Positions 1 to 11,210 are shown, numbered from the stretch's first letter. The stretch: 64,000 nt of DNA from Methylophilus sp. (GCF_008015755.1 NZ_SSGF01000002.1:60204-124203), one strand, 5' to 3'. Notes: a model not told the origin generated them from the letters alone. Numbers and translations are program-made.

Positions 1-227
1 AGCTGTCATGGAGGATCCGTTAGCGGCCATAGTCGTCAGTAACATCCTTAAAGCACATCATGAATAAATGAAAAATATAGCCCATTATGCAGTGAAAAAT
101 AGGGCCGTTATGCCACTATAAGACGGTAGATTATTGGTCATTTCCACTGCTTGAAAACAACGCGATGGCAAAGGCCGATTAAAAAAGAAGGGCATGCAAA
201 ATCGTTTTTTGCGTTACAATAGCAGCC

Positions 228-320
228 GCGGGCCTCCCCGCATTGTAAGGTAGCCAATCTGGTCAGGTGCGGAAGCAAGCAGCCACAACTATCGAGCAAG
301 TGCCGGGGGTTGGGCTCGCC
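228..320 (+). ncRNA. ffs: SRP RNA (4.5S)
   Basis: Contains GGTCAGGTGCGGAAGCAAGCAGCC, the SRP domain IV motif. The terminal stem gcgggcc/ggctcgc closes it, a TACAAT -10 lies at 215-220, and it sits upstream of dnaX as is typical in Betaproteobacteria. Confidence 0.9.
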
Positions 321-455
321 CCTTTCCATCTTGACCTCTAGACTTGACGACCTGCCCACACCCGCATCAATTTAGTTGGCATTGAGCAAGCATGAGCAGG
401 CAATTTAAGCTAAAGTACAGGTTTGCCTAATAGCATTTAATCAGTAGAGTGCGCG

Positions 456-2255
456 ATGTCTTACCAAGTATTGGCGCGTAAATGGCGCCCAAAATCCTTT
501 AGCAGTCTGGTCGGACAAGACCATGTGGTTCAGGCCTTGACCAATGCCCTGAGCCAGCAACGTCTGCACCATGCCTATTTATTTACCGGCACCCGCGGTG
601 TTGGTAAAACCACGCTGTCACGCATTCTGGCTAAATCGCTCAACTGTGCCACCGGCATTACTGCCACGCCTTGTGGTGAGTGCGAAGCCTGCCGCGCCAT
701 TGATATTGGCCGCTATGTGGACTACGTGGAGATGGATGCCGCCTCTAACCGCGGCATTGCCGATATGGTGAGTCTGCTGGAACAGGCCATTTATGCGCCC
801 TCCTCCGGCCGCTTCAAGGTCTATATGATCGATGAAGTGCACATGCTGACGAAAGAAGCGTTTAATGCCATGCTAAAAACGCTGGAAGAGCCGCCAGCCC
901 ACGTCAAATTTATCCTGGCGACCACAGACCCGCAAAAAGTCCCGGTCACCATCCTCTCGCGCTGCTTACAGTTTAACCTGCGACAAATGGCCAGCAGTAC
1001 TATCACTGCTCATTTGCAGGATATTTTATGCCAGGAACAATTACCGTTTGAAACGCCTGCACTGCAACTGATTGCCCGTGCGGCCAGCGGCAGTATGCGT
1101 GATGCGCTGTCATTGACCGACCAGGCCATCGCTTACGGCAACCAGTCAGTGCGCGAAAGCGATGTGCGCAGCATGCTGGGCGCCATAGACCAGAGCTATT
1201 TGTATGAGTTATTGCGTGCGCTGATTGCTAATGATGCGGCCAGCCTGCTCAATATTGCGCAGCAAATGGAGTCTCGCAGCATTGGCTTTGAGAGCGCCTT
1301 GAATGATCTGGCGGCCTTGCTGCACTTATTGGCGGTAGCGCAATACAGCCCGCAAGCGATTGCCGATGACCACCCGGAAAGGCATACGCTGCTAGACCTA
1401 GCGGCGCAACTCAGCGCAGAAATGCTGCAACTGTATTACCAGATTTGTATTCTTGGCCACCGTGATATCGGCCTGGCACCAGACGCGTATGCCGGGTTCA
1501 CCATGACCTTGTTACGCCTGCTGGCATTTAAAGCCGACGCCATGACCCCCTCTGCCGCCGCACCGGCGACGGGTGGTAGCGCGCCGACTGAGGGCACACC
1601 ACGTGGTAATGCCAGCGGCGGTGCCCGCGCCGCCCTGGCGCAGAGCCGTCAGATGAGCGCGAGCAGCGAGCCTGCTCGTGTAACCGCGACAGCGACAGCC
1701 GCAGCCACGCCTGCTACACCGAACTTAACCATACCAGCGTTGCAAGCAGAAGCAGAACCGATGACGACGCATGCCGCAGAGATGGCTGCGCAAGCGATGC
1801 CTGATATCAAACAGATTCCGCAACAAGCCTTTTCACAGCCGGTCGTCGCGCAGAGTGATTCAACCCCGCTCACATGGGATGGTAACTGGCGTGCGCTGGT
1901 TGAAAACCACTTGAGCAAGCTAGGGTTGGTGCGGGCACTGGCGCAAAACTGCGAGCTAGTCAGTGTTGAGGCAGACACCATGACTTTGCGCATTGGCGAA
2001 GCACATAAGCATCTGGCCAGCGCCAACTACCTGGAAAAACTCAACAGTGCCTTAAGCAGCCATTTTGGCCGCCGCCTCAAACTGAATATCATCACCGGCC
2101 AAGAGGCCAACACGCCAGCCAGACAACTCGCGGTTGAGCGTGCCGAATTACAGGACCAAGCCACAGAAGCCATTATGGCTGACCGTTTTGTGCAAGGCCT
2201 GATGCAGGAAATGGGCGCGTCTATCGTCCCCAACTCGATTAAACCCTTACATTAA
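456..2255 (+). CDS. dnaX: DNA polymerase III subunit gamma/tau
   Basis: N-terminus SYQVLARKWRP, Walker A GTRGVGKT, DEVHML, SRC motif, Ala/Pro-rich linker. Confidence 0.98.
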   Translation: MSYQVLARKWRPKSFSSLVGQDHVVQALTNALSQQRLHHAYLFTGTRGVGKTTLSRILAKSLNCATGITATPCGECEACRAIDIGRYVDYVEMDAASNRGIADMVSLLEQAIYAPSSGRFKVYMIDEVHMLTKEAFNAMLKTLEEPPAHVKFILATTDPQKVPVTILSRCLQFNLRQMASSTITAHLQDILCQEQLPFETPALQLIARAASGSMRDALSLTDQAIAYGNQSVRESDVRSMLGAIDQSYLYELLRALIANDAASLLNIAQQMESRSIGFESALNDLAALLHLLAVAQYSPQAIADDHPERHTLLDLAAQLSAEMLQLYYQICILGHRDIGLAPDAYAGFTMTLLRLLAFKADAMTPSAAAPATGGSAPTEGTPRGNASGGARAALAQSRQMSASSEPARVTATATAAATPATPNLTIPALQAEAEPMTTHAAEMAAQAMPDIKQIPQQAFSQPVVAQSDSTPLTWDGNWRALVENHLSKLGLVRALAQNCELVSVEADTMTLRIGEAHKHLASANYLEKLNSALSSHFGRRLKLNIITGQEANTPARQLAVERAELQDQATEAIMADRFVQGLMQEMGASIVPNSIKPLH

Positions 2256-2279
2256 CCACGATAATTTTAGGAGCAGACA

Positions 2280-2588
2280 ATGATGAAAGGTGGCATGGGC
2301 AACATGATGAAACAGGCCCAGATGATGCAGGCCAATATGCAGAAAGCGCAAGCCGAACTCGCCAATACGGAAGTTGAAGGCGTGGCCAGCAACGGCATGG
2401 TCAAAATCACCATGACCTGTAATAACGATGTTAAACGCGTGCAGATTGATGATGCCGCCATGGACGACAAAGAAACACTGGAAGACCTGCTTTTAATCGC
2501 ATTGAAAGATGCCAGAACCAAAGTTGAGGCAACCAGCGCCGCTAAAATGGGCAATGTGATGCCTGCTGGCTTTAAACTGCCGTTTTAA
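2280..2588 (+). CDS. ybaB: YbaB/EbfC nucleoid-associated protein
   Basis: MKQAQMMQ...EDLLLIA pattern; lies between dnaX and recR. Confidence 0.95.
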   Translation: MMKGGMGNMMKQAQMMQANMQKAQAELANTEVEGVASNGMVKITMTCNNDVKRVQIDDAAMDDKETLEDLLLIALKDARTKVEATSAAKMGNVMPAGFKLPF

Positions 2589-2602
2589 CTGCAGGCAACC
2601 GC

Positions 2603-3202
2603 TTGAGCAATCCCGCCGTCCTCGAACAACTGATTAGCGCGCTACGCTGCTTGCCTGGCGTCGGCCCCAAATCGTCTACGCGTATGGCGTATCACTTGCT
2701 GCAACGCGATCGTGAAGGGGCGCAAAAATTAGCCGCCAGCTTGCAGCAAGCGCTGGATAAACTGGCGCATTGTGATTACTGCAACAATTTTAGCGAGCAT
2801 CGCGTGTGCAGCCTGTGCCAAGACGCCAGCCGCGACAAATCCATTTTGTGCGTGGTAGAAATGCCGACCGACCTGATGATGCTGGAAAACACCCGTAGTT
2901 ATCAGGGCCAGTACTTCGTGCTGATGGGTAAATTGTCGCCCATGGATGGCATCGGTCCCAAAGATATCCATCTGGACACCTTGCTCAAACGCGCGCAAGA
3001 CAGCGCTATTCACGAAGTGATTGTCGCCACCAACTTCACCTCCGAAGGTGAAGCTACCGCACACTATATCGGCCAGATGCTCAAGTCGCGCGGCATTCGC
3101 GTGAGCCGCATTGCCCGTGGCTTGCCGATGGGTGGCGAAATCGAATATGTCGATAGTGGCACCCTTTCAACGGCACTGCTGGAACGCAAAGCCGTCACTT
3201 AA
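2603..3202 (+). CDS. recR: Recombination mediator RecR
   Basis: LPGVGPKS HhH motif, C4 zinc finger, Toprim domain, [16 protein letters not shown]. Confidence 0.97.
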   Translation: MSNPAVLEQLISALRCLPGVGPKSSTRMAYHLLQRDREGAQKLAASLQQALDKLAHCDYCNNFSEHRVCSLCQDASRDKSILCVVEMPTDLMMLENTRSYQGQYFVLMGKLSPMDGIGPKDIHLDTLLKRAQDSAIHEVIVATNFTSEGEATAHYIGQMLKSRGIRVSRIARGLPMGGEIEYVDSGTLSTALLERKAVT

Positions 3203-3462
3203 CGAGTGTTTTATATCCCCTAAGCCAGCGTCGCACCTGCACGCTGGCTAATCAATGCCATGGCTGCCGCACCAAATTGAGGCAGACAATTAGATTGTTT
3301 CGCGGCTTTTATGCCCGCTCTTCTGGCAAATAAACACCCTACCTCGTCGTTATAGTAATCATGCGATCTGCCGCAGAACCGGCGCAATAGTTGCCTGGTT
3401 CTAATGAAGGCCAAGCCACAAGCCAGCCTGCACTCAACCTCACACCAGCAAAGTGATTTCTC

Positions 3463-5844
3463 ATGGAACTATTTCTGCATATTTTTGATGCCAACAGTCA
3501 TGCCAACATGGAAAGCCCACGCTTTTCAGGCACCAATCAAACGTCATTGAGTTATCAAACCGAGGCTGAACTCTTACAGATACTAGACCAGATGATTGCC
3601 AAAGAATCGGCGCATACGCTAAAAGACACCTGGGTACTGGTGTCGCAGGATACCCAGCCCATCGGCCCGATGGCAGCATTACAGGCGACCATGCCATTTA
3701 ATACTTTTTATGCGCGCCACAAATACCCCTGGCTACTGTCTGCGCTTGAGCCGCATGTGCAAATGCATTACCAGCCGATTGTCGACTTTGGTCAAGGTGG
3801 CAAGGTATTTGGCTTTGAAGCCTTGTGTCGCCTCAAAACGCCAGAAGGCAAATGGCTCAACGGCATGGAAGCATTTGCGCTGGCTGCCGAGGTGAAACGT
3901 ACTCATGAGCTCGATCTGGCCTGCCAACATCTGGCCTTGATTGGTAAATCACAAGCCATCGCTGCGGATACACCTATTTTTATTAATGTCTTGCCGCAAA
4001 CCATCATGAGCCCGGGCTGGCTAGACTTTACCCTGCACATCATGGCACAGCACAACATTGATAAACGCGATGTCGTCATAGAGATTGTCGAAAGTGAAAA
4101 AACCAATCCAGAAGTGCTGGCGCGCTACTGCGACGAAATCCGCATGCATGGCCTGCGCATTGCGCTCGATGACATGGGGTCTGGCTTTAACGGGCTGCGT
4201 ATTCTGGCGGAGGTGCGCGCAGATTTTATTAAAATTGACCGGGCCATTGTGCACGAAGCACAAGGTAGCCGCGTGAGAACCGTGCTGCTGGAAGCGATTA
4301 TTTCCATGGCGCAACGTTTGGGCTGCACCATTATTGCCGAAGGCCTAGAGCGTGTAGAAGATATTACTTATTGCCAGGACTTAGGGCTGCATTACGCACA
4401 AGGGCACTATTTTGCCCATCCGCAAAGCACACCTAGCGACCAGGTAGCGGCATTGCCTGCACGCGATGAATCTCATCGCTCACACGTGCCGGATGACTTT
4501 CATATTGGCGAGTTCATCAGCCACGGCCTGACCATTGATGTCAGCAGCTCAATCGCTGAAGCCAGGAGTTTATTTAATATCCACATTGATGTTGCCATCG
4601 CTGTCGTGCTTGATGGCAAAACACCACTTGGCGTATTGCGACGTGGTAAGGTGTTTTCCAAAAAAGTGTCTGGCCTTGGTGCATGTTGCGACCCGCTGCC
4701 TAAGGTGATCAATCATCTCATCCCCTCCTCTGTCCTGGCAAGACTGTTTTACCTGGACCGGGCGAATACCGATATCTGGATTACCGTTAATGAAGAAGGC
4801 GCCTATGTAGGCATTCTGCAACCGATGGAAATCATGGCACAGTTGATTAGCCGTAAAGCGTCCACCGGCAACTTACACCCGCTGAGTCACCTCACCACCG
4901 GGCCGACCTTAAAGCAGACGTTGGACAACAGTTTGCGTAACAACCCGAATACGCAATTGGTGTATATCGACCTCGACCACTTTAAAGCGTACAACGACCG
5001 CTACGGCTTTATCCGTGGCGATGCCATGATCAGATTATTGTCTGAAATCATTCGTCAGGAGTTTCAGGACAAAACCGGCGTGATGGTCGGCCATATTGGC
5101 GGCGATGATTTCGTGCTGATTTACGATCACAATGCCCCGACGCTCACTGATATCCTCTTACACATTATTAGCCAGTTTCAGGCGCTAGCTGTTCACTTGT
5201 ATGACGCAACTGATCTTGAGCGCGGGTTCTTCACGACTGAAGATGGTAAAGACCATCCTGTGGCCAGCGTGTCTATCGCGGTGGTGAATGGCAAACAAGG
5301 TGTGCTGGAGAATAGTGTCATGGCTGCGGAACGCGCAGCGGTGCTTAAAAAAATTGGCAAAGCCAATATCGGCAGTATCGTGGTGGTAGAAGATACCCCA
5401 CCACAAACCATTTTACCAAAAAAAGAGTTCTACTCTGACTGGCAAGACCGCGCACTCTCTGCCCTGCAATCGCTATTGAAAATCCAGCGCTCAACGGGAT
5501 CGCATGATCTAGATAGCTGCTTTGCAGAATTCCCTTATTTTGAAGTTATCTTCGAGCTTGAGCCGAATGGTGTGCAGCGTTATGCCAACTGGATCAATCC
5601 AAACATGTACGGAAAAATCAAGGCAGGTGGTGCTGGCATCGATCGTAGCCAGCAAGCCTATTACCAACGGGTGGCAGAATCGCACGCCCCTTATATTTCT
5701 ACCATTTACCTGTCTACGGCGACTGAGGATTTCTGCCTCACGGTCTCATTACCGATTCTCAACCAACAAGGGCATCTGGAAAGTATTCTGGTCGCAGATA
5801 TTAACATTGCAGCCATGGCCGTACTTAGTAGCGCGCGTAAGTAA
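3463..5844 (+). CDS. EAL + CBS-like + GGDEF + C-terminal Cache/PDC-like c-di-GMP signalling protein
   Basis: QPIV..GFEAL, ALDDMGSG, IKIDR and IIAEGLE (EAL domain); IDLDHFKAYNDRYGF..GD and GHIGGDDF (GGDEF domain); C-terminal YYQ..PYISTIYLS..TVSLPI..ILVADIN. Confidence 0.88.
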   Translation: MELFLHIFDANSHANMESPRFSGTNQTSLSYQTEAELLQILDQMIAKESAHTLKDTWVLVSQDTQPIGPMAALQATMPFNTFYARHKYPWLLSALEPHVQMHYQPIVDFGQGGKVFGFEALCRLKTPEGKWLNGMEAFALAAEVKRTHELDLACQHLALIGKSQAIAADTPIFINVLPQTIMSPGWLDFTLHIMAQHNIDKRDVVIEIVESEKTNPEVLARYCDEIRMHGLRIALDDMGSGFNGLRILAEVRADFIKIDRAIVHEAQGSRVRTVLLEAIISMAQRLGCTIIAEGLERVEDITYCQDLGLHYAQGHYFAHPQSTPSDQVAALPARDESHRSHVPDDFHIGEFISHGLTIDVSSSIAEARSLFNIHIDVAIAVVLDGKTPLGVLRRGKVFSKKVSGLGACCDPLPKVINHLIPSSVLARLFYLDRANTDIWITVNEEGAYVGILQPMEIMAQLISRKASTGNLHPLSHLTTGPTLKQTLDNSLRNNPNTQLVYIDLDHFKAYNDRYGFIRGDAMIRLLSEIIRQEFQDKTGVMVGHIGGDDFVLIYDHNAPTLTDILLHIISQFQALAVHLYDATDLERGFFTTEDGKDHPVASVSIAVVNGKQGVLENSVMAAERAAVLKKIGKANIGSIVVVEDTPPQTILPKKEFYSDWQDRALSALQSLLKIQRSTGSHDLDSCFAEFPYFEVIFELEPNGVQRYANWINPNMYGKIKAGGAGIDRSQQAYYQRVAESHAPYISTIYLSTATEDFCLTVSLPILNQQGHLESILVADINIAAMAVLSSARK

Positions 5845-5858
5845 TGCGCTGATCAGTC

Positions 5859-6503
5859 TTATAAATATGCAAGCAACTCCTGAGGCTGCTGAATGCAGCC
5901 ATCAGCACCCCATGCCTGCGGGTTATCAGTCGCAGCTAAATAACCAAACAAAGCCACCAGCGTTTTCATACCAGCGGCTTTACCGGCTTGTATATCACGC
6001 TCTGCATCGCCAATATAAAGTACCGTTTGCGGATCGATCTGCATGCGCTCACACGCGAGCAGCAAGGTTTGCGGCGATGGTTTTGGCTGTGGCGCGTCAT
6101 CACCGCTGATCACGGCACCGGCACGGACATCCAGCCCCATATGCTCCACCATCGGCATGGTAAACCGGCGCGGTTTATTGGTCACGATGCCCCAACGCAA
6201 GCCGCGCTGCTCAATGCCCTCTAAGGCATCGGCCATGCCATCAAACAACACTGGCTGACGCGTCATGACTTGCGTATACAAGTCGAGGTATTCGCTACGC
6301 ATGGCTTCAAAACTGGCATCTGTGGGCAGTAAACCAAAGCCTATTTCCAGCAAGCCGCGTGAACCATGCGAGGCATACGGGCGGATAGCCGCATCAGGTA
6401 AAAATTCAAGGCCGTGACGCGCACGTTGCAAATTCAGGGCATACCCCAAATCAGGCGCGGTATCGACCAGCGTCCCGTCAAAATCAAACAACACAGCTTG
6501 CAT
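5859..6503 (-). CDS. gph: Phosphoglycolate phosphatase (HAD family)
   Basis: FDFDGTLVDT, VTNK, KPSP and GDAERD motifs; directly downstream of ubiG. Confidence 0.88.
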   Translation of the reverse strand: MQAVLFDFDGTLVDTAPDLGYALNLQRARHGLEFLPDAAIRPYASHGSRGLLEIGFGLLPTDASFEAMRSEYLDLYTQVMTRQPVLFDGMADALEGIEQRGLRWGIVTNKPRRFTMPMVEHMGLDVRAGAVISGDDAPQPKPSPQTLLLACERMQIDPQTVLYIGDAERDIQAGKAAGMKTLVALFGYLAATDNPQAWGADGCIQQPQELLAYL

Positions 6504-6514
6504 GTAGCTTCCTG

Positions 6515-7213
6515 TCAGACGTCTTTAATCGCATGCAACATGTAATTGACACTGCTATCAACTGTCAGCGCATATTGCTTGCTTAAAGGATGGTAAGTCA
6601 CACCAGTTTGATGTTGTAACTCTAACGCTGATTGGCGCATCCACGCTGCCAGCTCAGACGGCTTGATAAATTTGCTGTAATCATGCGTGCCTTTAGGCAA
6701 TAGATTAAGCACATACTCGGCGCCCACCACAGCCATCAAATAGGCTTTGGCATTACGATTCAAGGTGGAGAAAAACACGTGACCACCCGGTTTCACCAGG
6801 GCGGCACAGGCGCGCACCACACTGGCCGGGTCAGGCACATGCTCCAGCATTTCCATACAGGTCACCACATCGAAGGCTTGCGGTTTCTCCTGCGCCAATG
6901 CCTCGACTGCCACACAGCGGTACTCTAGCTGCACGTTGGTTTCCAGCGCGTGCAATTGTGCAACTTGCAAAGACTTTTCGGCCAGGTCTATGCCCAACAC
7001 CTGCGCCCCGCGCTGCGCCATAGACTCACTTAAAATGCCACCACCGCAGCCGACATCCAGCACCTGCTTACCTGCCAGCGATGCGCGACTATCGATATAA
7101 TTCAGGCGCAAGGGGTTCAACTGATGCAAGGGTTTAAAGACACCTTGCAGATCCCACCATTGATGCGCCAACTCGGCAAATTTATTCACCTCAGCCACTT
7201 CGACATTCGCCAT
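6515..7213 (-). CDS. ubiG: 3-demethylubiquinone-9 3-O-methyltransferase
   Basis: [33 protein letters not shown]. Confidence 0.97.
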   Translation of the reverse strand: MANVEVAEVNKFAELAHQWWDLQGVFKPLHQLNPLRLNYIDSRASLAGKQVLDVGCGGGILSESMAQRGAQVLGIDLAEKSLQVAQLHALETNVQLEYRCVAVEALAQEKPQAFDVVTCMEMLEHVPDPASVVRACAALVKPGGHVFFSTLNRNAKAYLMAVVGAEYVLNLLPKGTHDYSKFIKPSELAAWMRQSALELQHQTGVTYHPLSKQYALTVDSSVNYMLHAIKDV

Positions 7214-7223
7214 GCTTGTTCCT

Positions 7224-8570
7224 TTAATATGCTTTCACGATAGACTCTTGCAATTTGAGTTGCCACTGCAATGCAATAGACCGTAATTCTTCTGTTGCCA
7301 TGCCAGCAAACCAGCTTTGATGGTCCTCCGTCCGCTGGTAACGTAGCTGGCCATCTACCCAGGTATGAGTCACCTGCTCGCGCCCAGCAACGTAGACCAA
7401 ATGCGAGACCGGGTCAAAACAAGGCAAGCTGTTTAAATCATCCAGTTTAACCGCCACCAGATCTGCCTGTTTACCTGCTTCAATACTGCCAAGCTTATCC
7501 TGCAAACCCATAGCCCGCGCACCATGCAAGGTTGCCATCGCCAACGCCTGGTATGCAGGCACCGCCTCGGCATTCTGATCGGCCACTTTAGCCAATAACG
7601 CCGCCGTACGCATCTCTTGCCACATATCAATGCGGTTGTTACTGGCCGCACCATCCGTGCCCAGGCCGACATTGATGCCTGCTCTTAGTGCCGCGGCGAC
7701 AGGCGCGATACCACTCGCCAGTTTTAAATTTGATGAAGGACAATGGGCGAGATGCGCGCCCTGCATTGACAACGTTTCAAGCTCGTTGGTTTCCAGGTGC
7801 ACACCATGCGCTAAAATCGTGCTGGGGCCAATCACACCCAGTGCCAGCAGACGCTGTAGTGGACGAACGCTGAATTGCTCCAGACTTTGCTGTATCTCCG
7901 CCTGCGTTTCATGCAAATGGGTATGGATGCCCAGGTTTAACTGCTCAGATAATGTAGCAATCTGCTCAAACGTCGGGTCACTCACGGTATACGGTGCATG
8001 TGGTGCAAACGAAAAACTGATATGCGGATCAGATTTATACTGGTCACGAACCTCTGTGCCCAACCTGATGTACTCATTAGCGCTGGCGGCGTAATTGGTT
8101 GGAAACTCCATCACCGTCAAGCCAATATGGGCACGCATCCCTGCGCGCTTGACCGCTTCTATGGTGGCTTGCGGGAAGAAATACATATCATTGAAGGTAG
8201 TCACGCCACCGCTCAACATTTCTGCACACGCCAGCAAGCTGCCATCATGCACAAACCCTTTGGACACCCAGCGCTTTTCAGCCGGCCAGATGTGCTGATT
8301 GAGCCAGGGCATCAAGGCATAATCATCAGCATAGCCTTTAAGCAAGTTCATGCTGCTATGTGCATGCAGATTAATCAACCCTGGGATCAAGGCATGCTGG
8401 GCACAATCCACCACCGGCCAATCTGCCGCCCATGCAGGAATCTCAGCTTTAGGCACAATCGCTTTGATTTGACCGGCATCGATCAGCACCGCATGCTGCT
8501 CTAGAATCGTATGGTTCGCGTCTACAGGAATTACCCAGCGCGCCTTAATAATGAATTGTGTATCAACCAT
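7224..8570 (-). CDS. mtaD: TRZ/ATZ-family amidohydrolase (MTA/SAH deaminase-like)
   Basis: [27 protein letters not shown]. Start placed at ATG 8570, 6 nt after a perfect TATAAT. Confidence 0.82.
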   Translation of the reverse strand: MVDTQFIIKARWVIPVDANHTILEQHAVLIDAGQIKAIVPKAEIPAWAADWPVVDCAQHALIPGLINLHAHSSMNLLKGYADDYALMPWLNQHIWPAEKRWVSKGFVHDGSLLACAEMLSGGVTTFNDMYFFPQATIEAVKRAGMRAHIGLTVMEFPTNYAASANEYIRLGTEVRDQYKSDPHISFSFAPHAPYTVSDPTFEQIATLSEQLNLGIHTHLHETQAEIQQSLEQFSVRPLQRLLALGVIGPSTILAHGVHLETNELETLSMQGAHLAHCPSSNLKLASGIAPVAAALRAGINVGLGTDGAASNNRIDMWQEMRTAALLAKVADQNAEAVPAYQALAMATLHGARAMGLQDKLGSIEAGKQADLVAVKLDDLNSLPCFDPVSHLVYVAGREQVTHTWVDGQLRYQRTEDHQSWFAGMATEELRSIALQWQLKLQESIVKAY

Positions 8571-8625
8571 AGCGCGATTATAACTGAGCCAGCGATGCAA
8601 AATACCTGCTCAAAACGACAGGCAT

Positions 8626-8656
8626 AAAAAAAGCCACGCTGACGCGTGGCTTTTTT
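8626..8656. terminator. Intrinsic terminator downstream of ompA
   Basis: A7-gccacgc-tgac-gcgtggc-T6. Confidence 0.85.
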
Positions 8657-8674
8657 ATTCAGATGTCACTCTGA

Positions 8675-9775
8675 TTATTGGCAACCAACTTGTTTAGTGC
8701 CTTCAGCGCGGATATCAACGCGGCGGTTAGGTTGCAAGCAAGAAATCAATTTTTTGCTTACTTTTTTGCCATCGCACTGAACCACTGGCTCAGATTTACC
8801 TTTACCTTCAGAAGTGATGATATTGCTATCAACACCTTGAGCGATCAGGTAGTCAGCAACCATTTTAGCGCGACGCTCAGACAACTTCTGGTTGTAAGCA
8901 TCAGAACCAATACGGTCTGTGTGGCCTGTTACGATCACAGCAGTAATTTCTGGGTTAGCTTTGATCTTGGCAGCTGTTTCTTCCAACACTTTACGGCCTT
9001 CTTCACGCAGGTTAGCCTTGTCGAAACCAAACAGTTTTTCAGCACTTACTGTGACTGTTTCGTTTTGTGGCTTACACACTGGTGCTGGTGCTACTGGAGC
9101 AGGAGCTGGTGCCGGTGCTGGCTCAACAGCAGCCATTGGTGCTGGTGTTGGCTCAGGTGTTGGCTCTTCAACCACTGGTGCTGGTGCGCCAAAGCGGAAG
9201 ATACCGCCGATGTTGAACAGTGTGTTGCCGATTGTTTCATCAGCATCCACTGTACGTGCTGCATTACGTGCATCAGCACGGCTCCATTGGTGACGCAGAT
9301 CAGCCTGAACACCAAACTTGTCGTTAAACAAGTATTGTGCACCCAGACCTACGTTAGCCATCCAGGATGTATTTGATTTGTCTGACAGACCAACGTTGCT
9401 GTAGTCAACGTTGTTACGCGCTGCGCCAATACCTGCCAGCAGGAATGGACGGAATTTTTCGCGGCTGAACATATACAATGCATCCAAACCTAAAGCTGTT
9501 TGCTTGTATTTGCCACTTGCGCCAGCAATGCCAGTGTCTTCGTCAGCACGGTTGTAACCCAAACGGCCTTGAATGTCCCAGTGCTCGCTCAGCTCTTTAC
9601 CGATAGACAGAAAACCGCCACGGCCATTGTCAGCTTCGAGATCATTGTCTGTATTCATGTAAGTTGCACCTGGAACAACATACCAAGCGCCACGGTACAT
9701 GTCTTCAGCTTGCGCAACTTGCGATGCAAATACAAATGCAGAAGCAATTGCCAAGCCTAAAAAACTTTTTTTCAT
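8675..9775 (-). CDS. ompA: OmpA-family outer membrane protein
   Basis: Signal peptide, beta-barrel, Pro/Ala linker, C-terminal GHTDRIGS..YNQKLSERRA..NRRV; strong codon bias. Confidence 0.93.
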   Translation of the reverse strand: MKKSFLGLAIASAFVFASQVAQAEDMYRGAWYVVPGATYMNTDNDLEADNGRGGFLSIGKELSEHWDIQGRLGYNRADEDTGIAGASGKYKQTALGLDALYMFSREKFRPFLLAGIGAARNNVDYSNVGLSDKSNTSWMANVGLGAQYLFNDKFGVQADLRHQWSRADARNAARTVDADETIGNTLFNIGGIFRFGAPAPVVEEPTPEPTPAPMAAVEPAPAPAPAPVAPAPVCKPQNETVTVSAEKLFGFDKANLREEGRKVLEETAAKIKANPEITAVIVTGHTDRIGSDAYNQKLSERRAKMVADYLIAQGVDSNIITSEGKGKSEPVVQCDGKKVSKKLISCLQPNRRVDIRAEGTKQVGCQ

Positions 9776-9913
9776 TCATTGACTCCTTCGTTATTGGGCT
9801 TTTTCGCCACATCTTTGAAAAAACTTACAAGTTGAACTATACGCAAACGTCGCTACAGACGCAACCCTAAACCCCACTTCGTAGGCGTATTTGTTAGGGT
9901 TGAGACCAATTAT

Positions 9914-10633
9914 TCAACAAATTTCTGACACTCTTGAAATCAGTTCGCGCACGCGCTCTGGCAACAAGGCTTGTGCCCTCTGCTCACCTTCGCACAAACC
10001 ACTGCGAAATCCGAGATAATCAGGCTGCAAACCAGCCAGCAGCTCAATGTGCGCCAACGACAGGCCACCTGCGAGACCGACGAACAACTGCACCGATTTT
10101 GCCGCTTGCACAAAATCAGCCAGTGCAGCAAAAGGCACGATGTCTACGAGTGCCTTAGCTTTTTGGGTGGTATCTACCATAACACCCCAATAATGCTGTT
10201 GCGCCAGCCACTGTACCCGCGCTGGCAGCTCATCGGCTAGCAGGCTGGCGGGATTTAAAACGGCAATCAACTTGAGGCCTTGCCCAAGCAAAGTCGCAAT
10301 CAGAGGCTGATAACCAGGGTCAGCCCAGATGGTTTCAGGCAATTTAATCACCTCTACTCCAATCTGCAGGCGACTGGTTATCATGTGCATGAGCTCGTCA
10401 ACAGCCTCACAGTGGTCGCCCACCGTGGCACTGATCACAATGCCTGTAGCAGCACTTTGCTGCCTATACTGATGAACTGTGTCAACAATCGCCGTTGAAA
10501 GATCCAGCGTCAAGGCTGCCAGCGCGCCGTGACTGGTGTCTTTGAGGTCAATCAAGGGCACACCGGCAGATAATACGAGTTGCGCTTCTGCCACAGAATT
10601 CACACTGACTAATACTTGCATCGCATTACTCAC
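9914..10633 (-). CDS. MfnB-like (DUF556, Orf22) methanofuran biosynthesis protein
   Basis: VLVSVNSVAEA..IDLKD..GALAA, DT.K, GLAGGL..DYLGFRSGLC; in a C1-cofactor cluster. Confidence 0.8.
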   Translation of the reverse strand: MSNAMQVLVSVNSVAEAQLVLSAGVPLIDLKDTSHGALAALTLDLSTAIVDTVHQYRQQSAATGIVISATVGDHCEAVDELMHMITSRLQIGVEVIKLPETIWADPGYQPLIATLLGQGLKLIAVLNPASLLADELPARVQWLAQQHYWGVMVDTTQKAKALVDIVPFAALADFVQAAKSVQLFVGLAGGLSLAHIELLAGLQPDYLGFRSGLCEGEQRAQALLPERVRELISRVSEIC

Positions 10634-11205
10634 GCCTGCTGCAGGCCACTTTGTTGTGCCAGATGATTATTCACACAATCCACCAACCACTGCCAGGCCT
10701 CTTGCTCCCGTGGCCCAGCGGTTTTATCAATGGCGATTTGCAGGTACTGCATCTCCTGGGTGATTTTCTCAGCAGGCAACATATGCAATCGGCTTACCAG
10801 CACCGCCAGCTCAATCACGGCGGCTTGCGCACGGTTAAATCCCATAAACGGGGCGTGCGAGGCACTTTCAACCACTTGCATCCACAACTTAGGGCGCACC
10901 TCGTCTTCTTCAATCTGCTGCAAACTTAATACATGATGTGCCAGGCAGTCCTTGAGTCTGACGCCTTGCCCGCTAGCGATAGGCTCGGTTGCAAAGGCTG
11001 CCTTCCGGGCAATCGCAGCCGCGAACACACGCACGTCGTCGGTCAGGTTTAATACGGCAAAGCCAGTCTGCAAGATATTGTGCAAGGTGGTAGAGGGCTT
11101 AAACGGCATGATCAGCACTCCGCCTTCATGCCATTGAATGCCGAATGGCGCGACATGCACATCGCCATCCGCCCCACAGGTAGTCACTATCGTTTCATAA
11201 ATCAT
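10630..11205 (-). CDS. DUF447-family protein (Orf21) of H4MPT/MFR clusters
   Basis: IYETIVTT..HVAPFG..PFKPSTT, GFNRAQAAVIELAVLVSRL, IAIDKTAG. Confidence 0.85.
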   Translation of the reverse strand: MIYETIVTTCGADGDVHVAPFGIQWHEGGVLIMPFKPSTTLHNILQTGFAVLNLTDDVRVFAAAIARKAAFATEPIASGQGVRLKDCLAHHVLSLQQIEEDEVRPKLWMQVVESASHAPFMGFNRAQAAVIELAVLVSRLHMLPAEKITQEMQYLQIAIDKTAGPREQEAWQWLVDCVNNHLAQQSGLQQA

Positions 11206-11210
11206 GCAGA

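Noticed and set aside
69-116. Imperfect 24-bp tandem repeat (tgaaaaata...ttatgc)
   Set aside because: Only two degenerate copies; probably duplicated promoter elements of a gene beyond the window edge.
456-2255. E. coli-type -1 frameshift site in dnaX
   Set aside because: No A-AAA-AAG heptamer seen; the only similar run (caaaaag, about 933) has five A's and lies in the ATPase domain.
9862-9902. 9-bp inverted repeat (caaccctaa/ttagggttg) upstream of ompA
   Set aside because: Single occurrence; cannot distinguish terminator, operator or chance.
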